A stretch of DNA of 63,987 nucleotides, counting the filler, from Octopus bimaculoides (taxonomy: Eukaryota), in NCBI RefSeq assembly GCF_001194135.2. It is 6 parts of 6 records of this genome, joined end to end, with 100 filler letters (N's around TTAATTAATTAA, not from the genome) between each part and the next. Parts side by side here need not be neighbours in the genome. Positions count along the whole stretch, not along the records: positions 7,897 to 25,629 come from NC_069007.1; 5 more parts are not named here. One strand, 5' to 3'. The position numbers were made by a program, and so were the translations under genes. The notes under the pieces were generated by a model. That model had not been told where the DNA came from. It saw nothing but the letters and a program-made list of their open reading frames with translations, and did not search any database. Positions 12,472 through 22,600 of this stretch are shown here, piece after piece; within the stretch, counting starts at the first letter, position 1, and each line of letters begins with the position of its first letter.

Positions 12472-12866
12472 GTGGAGGCGCAATGGCCCAGTGGTTAGGG
12501 CAGCGGACTCGCGGTCATTGGATCGTGGTTTCGATTCCCAGACCGGGCGTTGTGAGTGTTTATTGAGCGAAAACACCTAAAAGCTCCACGAGGCTCTGGC
12601 AGGGGATGGTGGCGAACCCTGCTGTACTCTTTCACCACAACTTTCTCTCACTCTTACTTCCTGTTTCTGTTGTGCCTGTAATTCAAAGGGGTCAGCCTTG
12701 TCACACTCTGTGTCACGGTGAATATCCCCGAGAACTACATTAAGGGTACACGTGTCTGTGGAGTGCTCAGCCACTTGCACGTTAATTTCACGAGCAGGCT
12801 GTTCCAGTTGATCGGATCAACTGGAACCCTCGACGTCGTAAGCGACGGAGTGCCAACAACAACAAC
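12472..12866 (+). mobile_element. Full-length tRNA-derived SINE, family C, with 10-bp TSD
   Basis: A box TGGCCCAGTGG, B box GTTTCGATTCC, (CAA)n tail, TSD TCTGTAAGAT at 12462-12471 and 12867-12876, and a 3' hairpin at 12801-12827. Confidence 0.92.
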
Positions 12867-13499
12867 TCTGTAAGATATAAAATATCTCCCTCCACTTTTT
12901 CGGTGGGGTGGGATTAATAGGTGTAGTTCGCTGCTCAGTTTAGCATCACCTTCTCGTCCTTGGATACGTTCAGTGGCGTTTGCTCCATTGCAAGCATCTG
13001 AACAAGGCCTCTAGCTTGGGCATTTCCATTACCTATTATACGCATCATGAATTACACACGAGCTCATCCTAGGCTTTTAATCTCTTTACAACAATCCACT
13101 CTAAACTAGTTGTCCTCAGACGACACCTAAGCATCACCTACAGCAGTAAATGAAAATACTAAAAACAGAAAACCACCTGGACATGCAAAGGGAACGAAGT
13201 GTTGGTTACTCAGTTGTTTACCTGTAAACCACAAGATTATCATATCATAACTGCCACAAGGCTACATGACAACTTTAGAATGCCAAGTATGCTAACAATT
13301 ATAACTGGTTATTTTATTACTTTAATTTTTACATCAAAATGGGGAAAAAAATTCAAAACAAATTACAAAATATTAACCAACAAAGATACAAAAAACCTTT
13401 GGTTCAATCCTTTTCCCAAAGATATTTCACAATAAGTTTTAGTGAAATCTCTATTCTATTGAGGAAGAACTGAGGAAAAGTGTTTAATGTGAAGCTTAA

Positions 13500-13778
13500 C
13501 CCTTTCGTTACCATATTAAATGACAATGATGATTTCTATGGAAATAGATTATTTCAATTATTTTTGACATTAATGAAGAATTTAGCTGGTGTTTAAGAAG
13601 AAATTAACAAAAAATTTTGATGAAAGATTCAAAAGAAATTAACAAAAAATTTTGATGAAAGATTCAAAAGAAATTAACAAAAAATTTTGATGAAAGATTC
13701 AAATTTAGCTCATTTTAAAACAAGGAGTTTGTATCTTAGAATCAGGGGTGGTCTCAGGAGGAGTCGGTATCAAAAGGG
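13500..13778. mobile_element. piggyBac-type MITE
   Basis: TTAA|CCCTTTCGTTACC ... GGTATCAAAAGGG|TTAA: TTAA on both sides and imperfect CCC-initiated TIRs. Confidence 0.8.
13598..13702. repeat. 35-bp unit x3 perfect tandem repeat inside the MITE
   Basis: AAGAAATTAACAAAAAATTTTGATGAAAGATTCAA in three identical copies. Confidence 0.95.
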
Positions 13779-14134
13779 TTAAAGAAAGGGACATAAGTGA
13801 TCAGAGAGGAGTGAGTGAAAAGGACTCCTGTGAAAATGACAATACAATCAAACTCCAAAAGAACAGAGATTGCTAGTTTCAACAGAAAAAAAATGAGAGA
13901 CAGCAAATTTGTTGGCTGGGTATCGGAAACTTCATGTCAGTCAGTTGGATGGGATTTTTTTTCGTTGAGGGTATGCAGTGCAGAATGTGTGTAACCCTAA
14001 GCAGGCATTTATTTTTTTTGTAATAGTTTGTCCTGTTTACAAGATTTAATAATGGATTAATAAGACAATTACGGAGATGTACTTGCATAGCACGTGACCT
14101 GATCTGAGATCGTGTGCTGGAACGAAAACAATTG

Positions 14135-14379
14135 CAGCGTGGAAGGTGTTTATAAGCCATTTAAAATAACACACAAAGACCGTTAGATTCACTTCAACAT
14201 TTAGATTTAATTTGTCAAAATATTTTCGTCGCTTTGAGATGCAGCACAAAATTTTGTCAGTGAACAGGTCGCGGTCTCAAAGCGACGAAAATATTTTGGC
14301 AAATTAAATTTAAATGTTGAAGTGAATCTAACGGTTTTTGTGTGTTATTTTAAATGGCTTATAAACACTTTCCACGCTG
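14135..14379. mobile_element. Fold-back MITE (105-bp inverted arms, 35-bp spacer), Tc1/mariner-like ends
   Basis: Arms 14135-14239 and 14275-14379 with 4 mismatches; CAG...CTG ends, TA on the right and TG on the left. Confidence 0.85.
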
Positions 14380-14405
14380 TAATATGACAATGTTTACCAC
14401 AAACA

Positions 14406-15440
14406 TCAGACAGTTATAGCCTCTCTCTCATGCAAACGTTTGTGAGCAAATAAATTACCTTGCTGAGAGAATACTTTGTCACAAATGTCACAGTGATATG
14501 GTTTTTCACCTGTGTGAGTTCGTTTATGGTTCAATAAATATGCATTCCGAGTGAATGCTTTGCCACAGAAATTACAACGATATGGTTTCTTTCCTGTGTG
14601 AATACGTTTATGGCTAGATAAATTACTATTTTGAGAGAAGGCCTTACCACAAATATCACACTGGTATGGTTTTTCCCCTCTGTGAATACGTTGGTGTCTA
14701 GATAGAGACAAACTGGTGGAGAAGATGCTGTCACAGATATCACAGTGGTATGGTCTTTCTCCAGTGTGAATACGTTTATGCTTGGATAAAGAACTTCCAA
14801 CAGAGAATGCATTACCACAGATATCACAGCGGTATGGCTTCTCCCCTGTGTGAATACGAATGTGTTTGGATAAATAATCATTGGCCGAGAAAGATTTACC
14901 ACAAACATCACAACAGTATGGTTTCTCTCCAGTGTGAATACGTTTGTGTTTAGTGAAAGAACTACTGTCAGAGAAAGTTTTTTCACAGATATCACAGTGG
15001 TATGGCTTCTCTCCTGTGTGAATACGTATATGCTTGGTTAAGTGACCACTTATGGAAAATGCTTTACCACAAATATCACAGTGATACGGTTTCTCTCCTG
15101 TGTGAAAACGTACATGGATCAATAAATGACTGTTCTGGGAGAAGGTTTTGCCACAAGTATCACAGTGATGTAGTTTCACTCTTGCGTGAATACGTTTGTG
15201 GTTCAGTAAACATTGATTTGTGGAGAATGTTTTATCGCATACGTCACAAACATAGGGTTCAGAATCAGTATGAAGAGATTTTTTATGTCTAATCAAAGAT
15301 GACCTTATTTGGAAAGACTTTGTACAGATGTCACAGACAAATGACATCTTCTTTGTATCATCCTCACTTTCATGGCAAACATCATTCTTCCCAAGCATAT
15401 TTTTCTTGCGCCTCTGATTCTTAATCTGTGTCTCTTCCAT
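14406..15440 (-). CDS. C2H2 zinc-finger protein, 344 aa, 11 fingers, no effector domain recognised
   Basis: Intact ATG-to-TGA ORF; repeated HCDICGKxFS...L..H.RIH-TGEKPY units after a 34-aa charged leader. Confidence 0.93.
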   Translation of the reverse strand: MEETQIKNQRRKKNMLGKNDVCHESEDDTKKMSFVCDICTKSFQIRSSLIRHKKSLHTDSEPYVCDVCDKTFSTNQCLLNHKRIHARVKLHHCDTCGKTFSQNSHLLIHVRFHTGEKPYHCDICGKAFSISGHLTKHIRIHTGEKPYHCDICEKTFSDSSSFTKHKRIHTGEKPYCCDVCGKSFSANDYLSKHIRIHTGEKPYRCDICGNAFSVGSSLSKHKRIHTGERPYHCDICDSIFSTSLSLSRHQRIHRGEKPYQCDICGKAFSQNSNLSSHKRIHTGKKPYRCNFCGKAFTRNAYLLNHKRTHTGEKPYHCDICDKVFSQQGNLFAHKRLHEREAITV

Positions 15441-15531
15441 AATCTCAAATCTTCTTCAAAACAAAAAAAACTACTTTTTTTTTTTTATAATTTTCAACAG
15501 AGAAATGTTTCTCGAAATAATTCCAATCAAG

Positions 15532-15667
15532 AGCATCCAGCTGTAGAAACTCTGCCAAATTAGATTGGAGCCTGGTGTTGCCATCCGGTTTCACCAGTCC
15601 TCAGTCAAATCGTCCAACCCATGCTAGCATGGAAAGCAGACATTAAACGATGATGATGATGATGATG
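15532..15667 (+). mobile_element. SINE 3' tail fragment ending in (GAT)n
   Basis: GCATCCAGCTGTAGAAACTCTGCCAAAT...CCAACCCATGCTAGCATGGAAAGC is nearly identical to 16366-16506. Confidence 0.8.
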
Positions 15668-16085
15668 AAACACTATGTTTTCTTCGAATGAGATTTTCGT
15701 CAAAGTCAAAAAGGTGTTCCAACTGTAAGGAAACATTTTAAAGATGTTTCGGTAAATCTGATTGTTACACCCATCAGTAAAATCCCAAAGAAGTTGTATA
15801 TGAACAGTCAATGTGAAGAATTAATTGCAACTCCCAAGAAATATGTCGCAGCAACAGAACTGAAGTGATATAAATATAAGATCTTCGATACCATTGGTAA
15901 CACCGTTTCTTAGTCTTCGCTACATCATTTCAATATGATCAGATACCCTGAAATATATAAAGATAAATGATAAAGCACCTGTATCCAAGATGGAGATGAG
16001 TACTAGCGTCTCATTTGGCACGCTTGATAATTGCTGAAAATTCTTGGGCATTAACCAATGGTAGCCTTGTTACCTTACAAATAAA

Positions 16086-16117
<32 letters not shown>

Positions 16118-16214
16118 GTGTGTATATAAAAAGTAAAAGAGTCAAAAGGAAGAATAAGTACGGTTAGGCAGCTTTTTAATTGCTACAAATGTTTTGATGA
16201 GGGTTCTGACTATG

Positions 16215-16506
16215 TTGACAGTGCCGCTGGACTGGCTCTTGTGCGGGCGGCACGTAAAATTCACTATTTTGAGTGTGGCCGTTGCCAGTACCGCCTGACT
16301 GGCCTTCGTGCAGGTGGCACGTAAAAGCACCCACTACACTCTTGGAGTGGTTGGCGTTAGGAAGGGCATCCAGCTGTAGAAACTCTGCCAAATCAGATTG
16401 GAGCCTGGTGTAGCCATCTGGTTTCACCAGTCCTCAGTCAAAGAGCCCAACCCATGCTAGCATGGAAAGCGGACGTTAAACGACAATGATGATGATGATG
16501 ATGATG
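16215..16506 (+). mobile_element. SINE/RTE-related 3' domain with (GAT)n tail
   Basis: TTGGCGTTAGGAAGGGCATCCAGCTGTAGAAAC resembles RTE-derived bipartite SINE modules; a microsatellite tail follows. Confidence 0.7.
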
Positions 16507-17594
16507 ACTTCAGTTAAAAAAAAACACAAAGTTAAATGTATGGAATTTTGAAAATTTTAGTTCAAATATAAAAATAAACTGTTAAATGTAACCGACATTT
16601 TTTTTTATCTAACATCATCAACTGAAGATACAGAACTCGTTAATACACAAGAGATTAGTACAAAACTGGAGTGTGATGATATAAGGGTTGTGACTTACAG
16701 ATTTTAATGATTCGTTTTATTTTTCTTCCATAGGAGGGTTTGTTTTTGTTTTTTAACATCCAATTGATTTGCACTTCAAAATAGGAGGGTGTTCTTTTCC
16801 TAATAATTTTTTAAAAAAAGGATGAGATGAAATAAATTTATGCTTTCTTTTATAGACAGTTTGATAGCAACCCTCCTCTATATCAATGCATATAATTCAA
16901 CAAATTTCTTCTCATTTTCTTTTTTAGTCATCTAAAATAAGCTTGTTTTTCTATCCTTTCCTCTGAGTATTTTCTCCCAAACCCCTCGCCCTTTCTGTGC
17001 ACACACACCTGAGATGGGTGGGGCACATTGGGTAATACAGTATTTTTGATTTTGAGAAAAGAAATAGAATTTTTTTTTACAAATGTTCACGATATTACGA
17101 AAACTATCAGCTAGTCAAATAACTTTCTCTAAATGCATTAAAAACATTATAACATATTCTGAACATTATTTCAGAAAATTATCTCCATTCTCTTTGGAGT
17201 ATGCGAAGGACAAATTTAGGTAGGGCAAAATAGGTAGAACAAAAAATAAATTTGCTTTGACTTTTTTAGAATTACATTTGAAAAAAGACAAATACACAAC
17301 AACATCCATCCTTAGACGTCAGAAAGATGAGAAATGTAGCAAAAATTTTAAATATCTTGGCCAAATGAAAGTTCTTGAGAAAATGGCAACTGATACAATA
17401 TTAATGAAACTCAACTACATCTAAAAGTTCAACATTCAATATTTATTTGGAGCAACTCAGACAAAACAAGTCATAATTAAGGTCAATATTTTTAGGCTGG
17501 TATTTTGGGCACCAGTTTTCATCACAAAGGTCACATGTGACCCTGGGATCACCCTTCATTCCTTTGTAAAGTTACCACAATCATTCATAATCGA

Positions 17595-18590
17595 TCACTT
17601 GTTGTCGTTCTCATCTTCTTTATCATCACCAGATGTTTTTTCTTTGTCACCAGATACTTTTTCTTTGTCGCCAGATACTTTTTCCTTGTCACCAGATGTT
17701 TTTTCTCTGCCACCAACTGCTTTTTCCTTGTCACCAGCTGCTTTTCCTTTGCCACTACTTGCTTTTTTTTTGACAGCAGATGTTTTTACTTTGTTACCAG
17801 ATGTTTTTGCTTTATCACCAGATGCCTTTTCTTTGTCACCAGATATTTTTTCTTTCTCTCCAGATGCTTTTTCTTTGTTTCCAGATACTTTCCCTTTGTC
17901 ACCAGATGTGTTTTCTCTGGAAAAAGATTCCCTTCTTTGACTTTTCCTATGTATCCTCTTTTGTGTTTTAGCGTTCTTCTCTTTACTTACATCCCTCTCC
18001 TCAGCTTTCACCTGTAAACACACGGGCTCATCTTCTATAGAAAGGACTTCACTTCGTGAAGGTTGAGCACATTTTCGTTTCCTCTTGGAATTCTGTGAGG
18101 CTTTTTTGTTTTCCTCAGTTGAGTTAGGAGCAATTGCAGAAAGGTCCTTCTGGGCAGCCTTGGTCAAGATATCTGGTTTGCCAGATGCAAGTTTCTGTGA
18201 CCAACGTCGTTTGAATGTTATCATCCAGTCTTTCCCTGGCATATTATTCTTAAAAACGGTTTTCCTGCCAGCTGTATCTAGATACTTCTTAACCATTGTT
18301 TGAATTTCCTTTGTTCCACAAGCCCAGCCAAAAAGAGATGACGAAAGTAAGAGCGCGTCAATAATATCTTTCTCCTCCGTCATTGAAAGCACACTAACGA
18401 AACGCCCGCTGCCAATTCTTTCAGTTTGATTGAGACCATTAATTCGTCTTCGAAGTGTCTCATATGGGACATTTGTTGCAGCTGCAGCATGTGAGACTGG
18501 TTTGCCTTTAGCTACCATGGCGCGAGCTTTCTTTATAGCTTCTTCACGATCTGCTGGAATGGGTCTCTTCCTGATATATTTACGCACCAT
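17595..18590 (-). CDS. pogo/CENP-B-type DNA-binding protein (HTH_psq + CENP-B HTH) lacking DDE, with Lys-rich 7-aa repeat tail, 331 aa
   Basis: AAAATNVPYETLRRRING (psq-like HTH) and LSMTEEKDII...PGKDWMITFKRRW (CENP-B-like HTH); intact ORF; splice-acceptor-like TTTCTTCTCTTTAACAG one base before the ATG; minus-strand AATAAA at 17447-17442. Confidence 0.8.
   Translation of the reverse strand: MVRKYIRKRPIPADREEAIKKARAMVAKGKPVSHAAAATNVPYETLRRRINGLNQTERIGSGRFVSVLSMTEEKDIIDALLLSSSLFGWACGTKEIQTMVKKYLDTAGRKTVFKNNMPGKDWMITFKRRWSQKLASGKPDILTKAAQKDLSAIAPNSTEENKKASQNSKRKRKCAQPSRSEVLSIEDEPVCLQVKAEERDVSKEKNAKTQKRIHRKSQRRESFSRENTSGDKGKVSGNKEKASGEKEKISGDKEKASGDKAKTSGNKVKTSAVKKKASSGKGKAAGDKEKAVGGREKTSGDKEKVSGDKEKVSGDKEKTSGDDKEDENDNK
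17620..17915 (-). repeat. Coding 21-bp minisatellite (about 13 units of SGDKEKx)
   Basis: Units related to TCACCAGATACTTTTTCTTTG on the + strand, all in frame. Confidence 0.9.
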
Positions 18591-18766
18591 GCTGTTAAAG
18601 AGAAGAAATTGTTCAAATTAGTCATTATTCATTTTGCCCCACTTTAGATATTTTTTTTTGTCTTTCTTTTTTTGAAAATTGCAAATTATCAAATTAGACA
18701 TAGCAATCTCAATTATAATCAGCTCAAAGTTGAGGAAAAAATTTAACTAAAAAAAAAAAAAGTACC

Positions 18767-18811
18767 AGGCACAGGAGTGGCTGTGTGGTAAGTAGCTTGC
18801 TTACCAATCAC
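18767..18811 (+). mobile_element. SINE family B head (cut by gap)
   Basis: AGGCACAGGAGTGGCTGTGTGGTAAGTAGCTTGCTTACC. Confidence 0.8.
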
Positions 18812-19246
18812 NNNNNNNNNNNNNNNNNNNNNNNNNNNNNNNNNNNNNNNNNNNNNNNNNNNNNNNNNNNNNNNNNNNNNNNNNNNNNNNNNNNNNNNNN
18901 NNNNNNNNNNNNNNNNNNNNNNNNNNNNNNNNNNNNNNNNNNNNNNNNNNNNNNNNNNNNNNNNNNNNNNNNNNNNNNNNNNNNNNNNNNNNNNNNNNNN
19001 NNNNNNNNNNNNNNNNNNNNNNNNNNNNNNNNNNNNNNNNNNNNNNNNNNNNNNNNNNNNNNNNNNNNNNNNNNNNNNNNNNNNNNNNNNNNNNNNNNNN
19101 NNNNNNNNNNNNNNNNNNNNNNNNNNNNNNNNNNNNNNNNNNNNNNNNNNNNNNNNNNNNNNNNNNNNNNNNNNNNNNNNNNNNNNNNNNNNNNNNNNNN
19201 NNNNNNNNNNNNNNNNNNNNNNNNNNNNGAAAAGATCATTTGCTTA

Positions 19247-19604
19247 TTCTTTTGTTTGCTACTGTCATTTGACTGCGGCCATGCTGGAGCACCACCTTCA
19301 GTTGAACAGTGTCCTCAGAATATATTTTTTGTAAGCCTAGTACTTATTCTATCGGTCTCTTTTGCCGAACCGCTAAGTGACGGGGACGTAAACACACCAG
19401 CTTCGGTTGTCAAGCTGTGGTAGTTTGGGGGACAAACAAACACACACACACACACACACACAAGACTTCTTTCAGTTTCCGTCTACCAAATCCACTCACA
19501 AGGTTTTGGTCGGCCCGAAGCTAGAAGACACCTTGCCCAAGGAGCACGCAGTGGGACTGAACCTGAAACCATGTGGTTGGTAAACAAGCTATTTACCACA
19601 CAGC
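19247..19604 (-). mobile_element. SINE family B, inverted relative to 18767
   Basis: Collinear with 11507-11897. Confidence 0.85.
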
Positions 19605-22600
19605 AACGTTGATATAGTTTTTGTAAGGTTGGGAGCAGTCGTAAAAATTATACTTCTCCTCAAAGTTAGGAATGCAGTAAAAACATCTCATCGTGTGCTC
19701 GGATCATGCAACAAAAATTTTGAGTATTTAGGTCAAATTAAAGTGGGGAAAGTGGATATGAAATTAACGAAACTCGACTCAATCGAGAAACTCAACGTAA
19801 AATGTTGTAGCGACTCTCATCTCGACATATTCATGCACCAATTTAATAAGCAATTACTGAAATTAATCGTGACCCATTTTACCCCGCTTCAGACGTAATT
19901 TTTTTGAAAACAGAAAATTATTAAATAAGAAATTAGTGTGGGAAATATTTGACTTGGAATCCAACAGAGAAAAGAATATTGATTATTAAGCACCAAAAAA
20001 TACACAGATATTTTAATTAGCAACCGTAATTATATCAGGTCAAAGTTGAGGGAAAAATTCTTGGAGAAAGGGGTACCTGTCACCTGACTGTTTCGACTTC
20101 AACAACTGTGCTAATATTATATTAGTAACTATTAACATTATAAACAAGGTGAAAGAAGCACTGAAGTATGTTGCATGTTTATGTACACATTCGACAACTT
20201 AAATATATTGTGTATGTGTGTGGATATATACATATATATATATATATATATAAATATATAGTATTATTATACTGTGGAACTTAATTTAATTTTAATTTTT
20301 AATAAATTGATTTTAATTGAGTTTTTACCTGTAATTTTGGATTTTATCCCTAATATTATTATTATATATATATATATATATATATATAATTGTAATGACC
20401 ATTATTTTTGTCTTGTTTTATTATACATATATGTGTATAATTATTTATATATACCACACACACATAGATATACATTTATATATATTATTAAAAGGAACTT
20501 TGTAGTATACGCACCTTGCTAAAAGTGGGACGTAACGTTCATTCGTGATGGAACATTAACAAACAATGTTGTCACTGTCAAAAACAGAAACAAAGATAAA
20601 ATACAGGAACCGGATGTGAGGCCGATATACTGCACGAAAGGAATTCTGGGTNNNNNNNNNNNNNNNNNNNNNNNNNNNNNNNNNNNNNNNNNNNNNNNNN
20701 NNNNNNNNNNNNNNNNNNNNNNNNNNNNNNNNNNNNNNNNNNNNNNNNNNNNNNNNNNNNNNNNNNNNNNNNNNNNNNNNNNNNNNNNNNNNNNNNNNNN
20801 NNNNNNNNNNNNNNNNNNNNNNNNNNNNNNNNNNNNNNNNNNNNNNNNNNNNNNNNNNNNNNNNNNNNNNNNNNNNNNNNNNNNNNNNNNNNNNNNNNNN
20901 NNNNNNNNNNNNNNNNNNNNNNNNNNNNNNNNNNNNNNNNNNNNNNNNNNNNNNNNNNNNNNNNNNNNNNNNNNNNNNNNNNNNNNNNNNNNNNNNNNNN
21001 NNNNNNNNNNNNNNNNNNNNNNNNNNNNNNNNNNNNNNNNNNNNNNNNNNNNNNNNNNNNNNNNNNNNNNNNNNNNNNNNNNNNNNNNNNNNNNNNNNNN
21101 NNNNNNNNNNNNNNNNNNNNNNNNNNNNNNNNNNNNNNNNNNNNNNNNNNNNNNNNNNNNNNNNNNNNNNNNNNNNNNNNNNNNNNNNNNNNNNNNNNNN
21201 NNNNNNNNNNNNNNNNNNNNNNNNNNNNNNNNNNNNNNNNNNNNNNNNNNNNNNNNNNNNNNNNNNNNNNNNNNNNNNNNNNNNNNNNNNNNNNNNNNNN
21301 NNNNNNNNNNNNNNNNNNNNNNNNNNNNAACCATTTATCATCATAAATATACAGGGATTAGCATTGAGTTGCTTCTCCAACATACTGAAAATTTAGAAAT
21401 AGCAGTCAAAGAACTACTGATTCTAAACTACAAATTTTTCTCTAAACGGATGGCGATATTTATGGCACACATAGAACAAAAAACCGGAGGGAAAAGCACA
21501 AACAAAACAAAACTGCCTTTAGTTAATTGGATACAAACGTTTCATGGTTAAGAGAATGAAATTACTCTATTCCGAATCTTCAGCCCAATATTCTGATAAA
21601 TTTGAAAGTGTCTCTAAAAAAATTCACGGTAATTTTTGGCCACGCGACACCAAAAACCAACAATATTATAAATTAACTACCAACAAAAATAATTGGTAAG
21701 CTAACTCAAAAAATCATCACCAAAATAGCAGAAAAAAACGAGTGAAGGTATGCAGACTCTTCAAGAATTGATCCTTTTGGTTATATTAATAATAATAAAG
21801 GAGTTATGCCGCAAAAACGTATATATTCAAATGAACATATTTATCTTCTTCAATATATATTTCAGTATAAAGAACTCATTAAGCGACTTAATAAATCAAA
21901 ATTTCTTTACACATCTTCAGGAAAAATAAATATAACATCAGAAAAACTACATTCGGTTTAAAAATACAAACCGTTCATGGTGAAAAAATTTGCTGTGCTT
22001 AGTCCACTGTTTCACACTAATACGATCACACATTCATAAACATATGTATATATTTACACACACACACATATATATATATATATAATGTTTAAATAATGAG
22101 ACAGACAGAAGATGGAGGATATGAGAATGTTTATTAATCTCTATAATTGTTTCAACCCATCATATGCCATATGATTTATTAACTAATATATATATATATG
22201 CATATTATCATCATCATTTCGTGTCTGTTGTTCATGCGGGCAAGAGTTAGACATATGCATATGTATAAACATAAATACATACATATATATATATATATGC
22301 ATATATACATACATACATATATGTACATACTTACATATATATGTATATACATATGCGTATATGGGCACAGACAACAAAGTTATTTTATTCCACACGGGTA
22401 GTAATATAGGAAAAATTGAAGTTGCAAATGCGCTGAGAATAGTTCAAATATTTTTTATTATCATATTTAAAGCTTTAACCGGTTTCACAGTTTACACTGA
22501 TTTTCAAGAAGTTCAAATTGAAAGACATGGCTTATGTCGCAGCTGTCTGCCCAAGGGCAGACCACAAATGTAATGGATATAAGTTGCTTACTTAAATACC

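Larger units (their letters stand above)
17019..19897 (-). mobile_element. Putative pogo-superfamily transposon remnant enclosing the HTH ORF
   Basis: Inward-facing GGGGYAAAATGG-like motifs: + strand at 17019 and 17221, - strand at 18630 and 19869-19897 (TA-CGTCTGAAGCGGGGTAAAATGGGTCAC). Exact ends are uncertain. Confidence 0.45.

Noticed and set aside
12476-12550. tRNA gene
   Set aside because: The tRNA-like sequence is the head of a SINE with body, tail and TSD.
20390-21970. Possible degraded retroelement ORF spanning the gap
   Set aside because: No diagnostic RT or endonuclease motif could be read with confidence.
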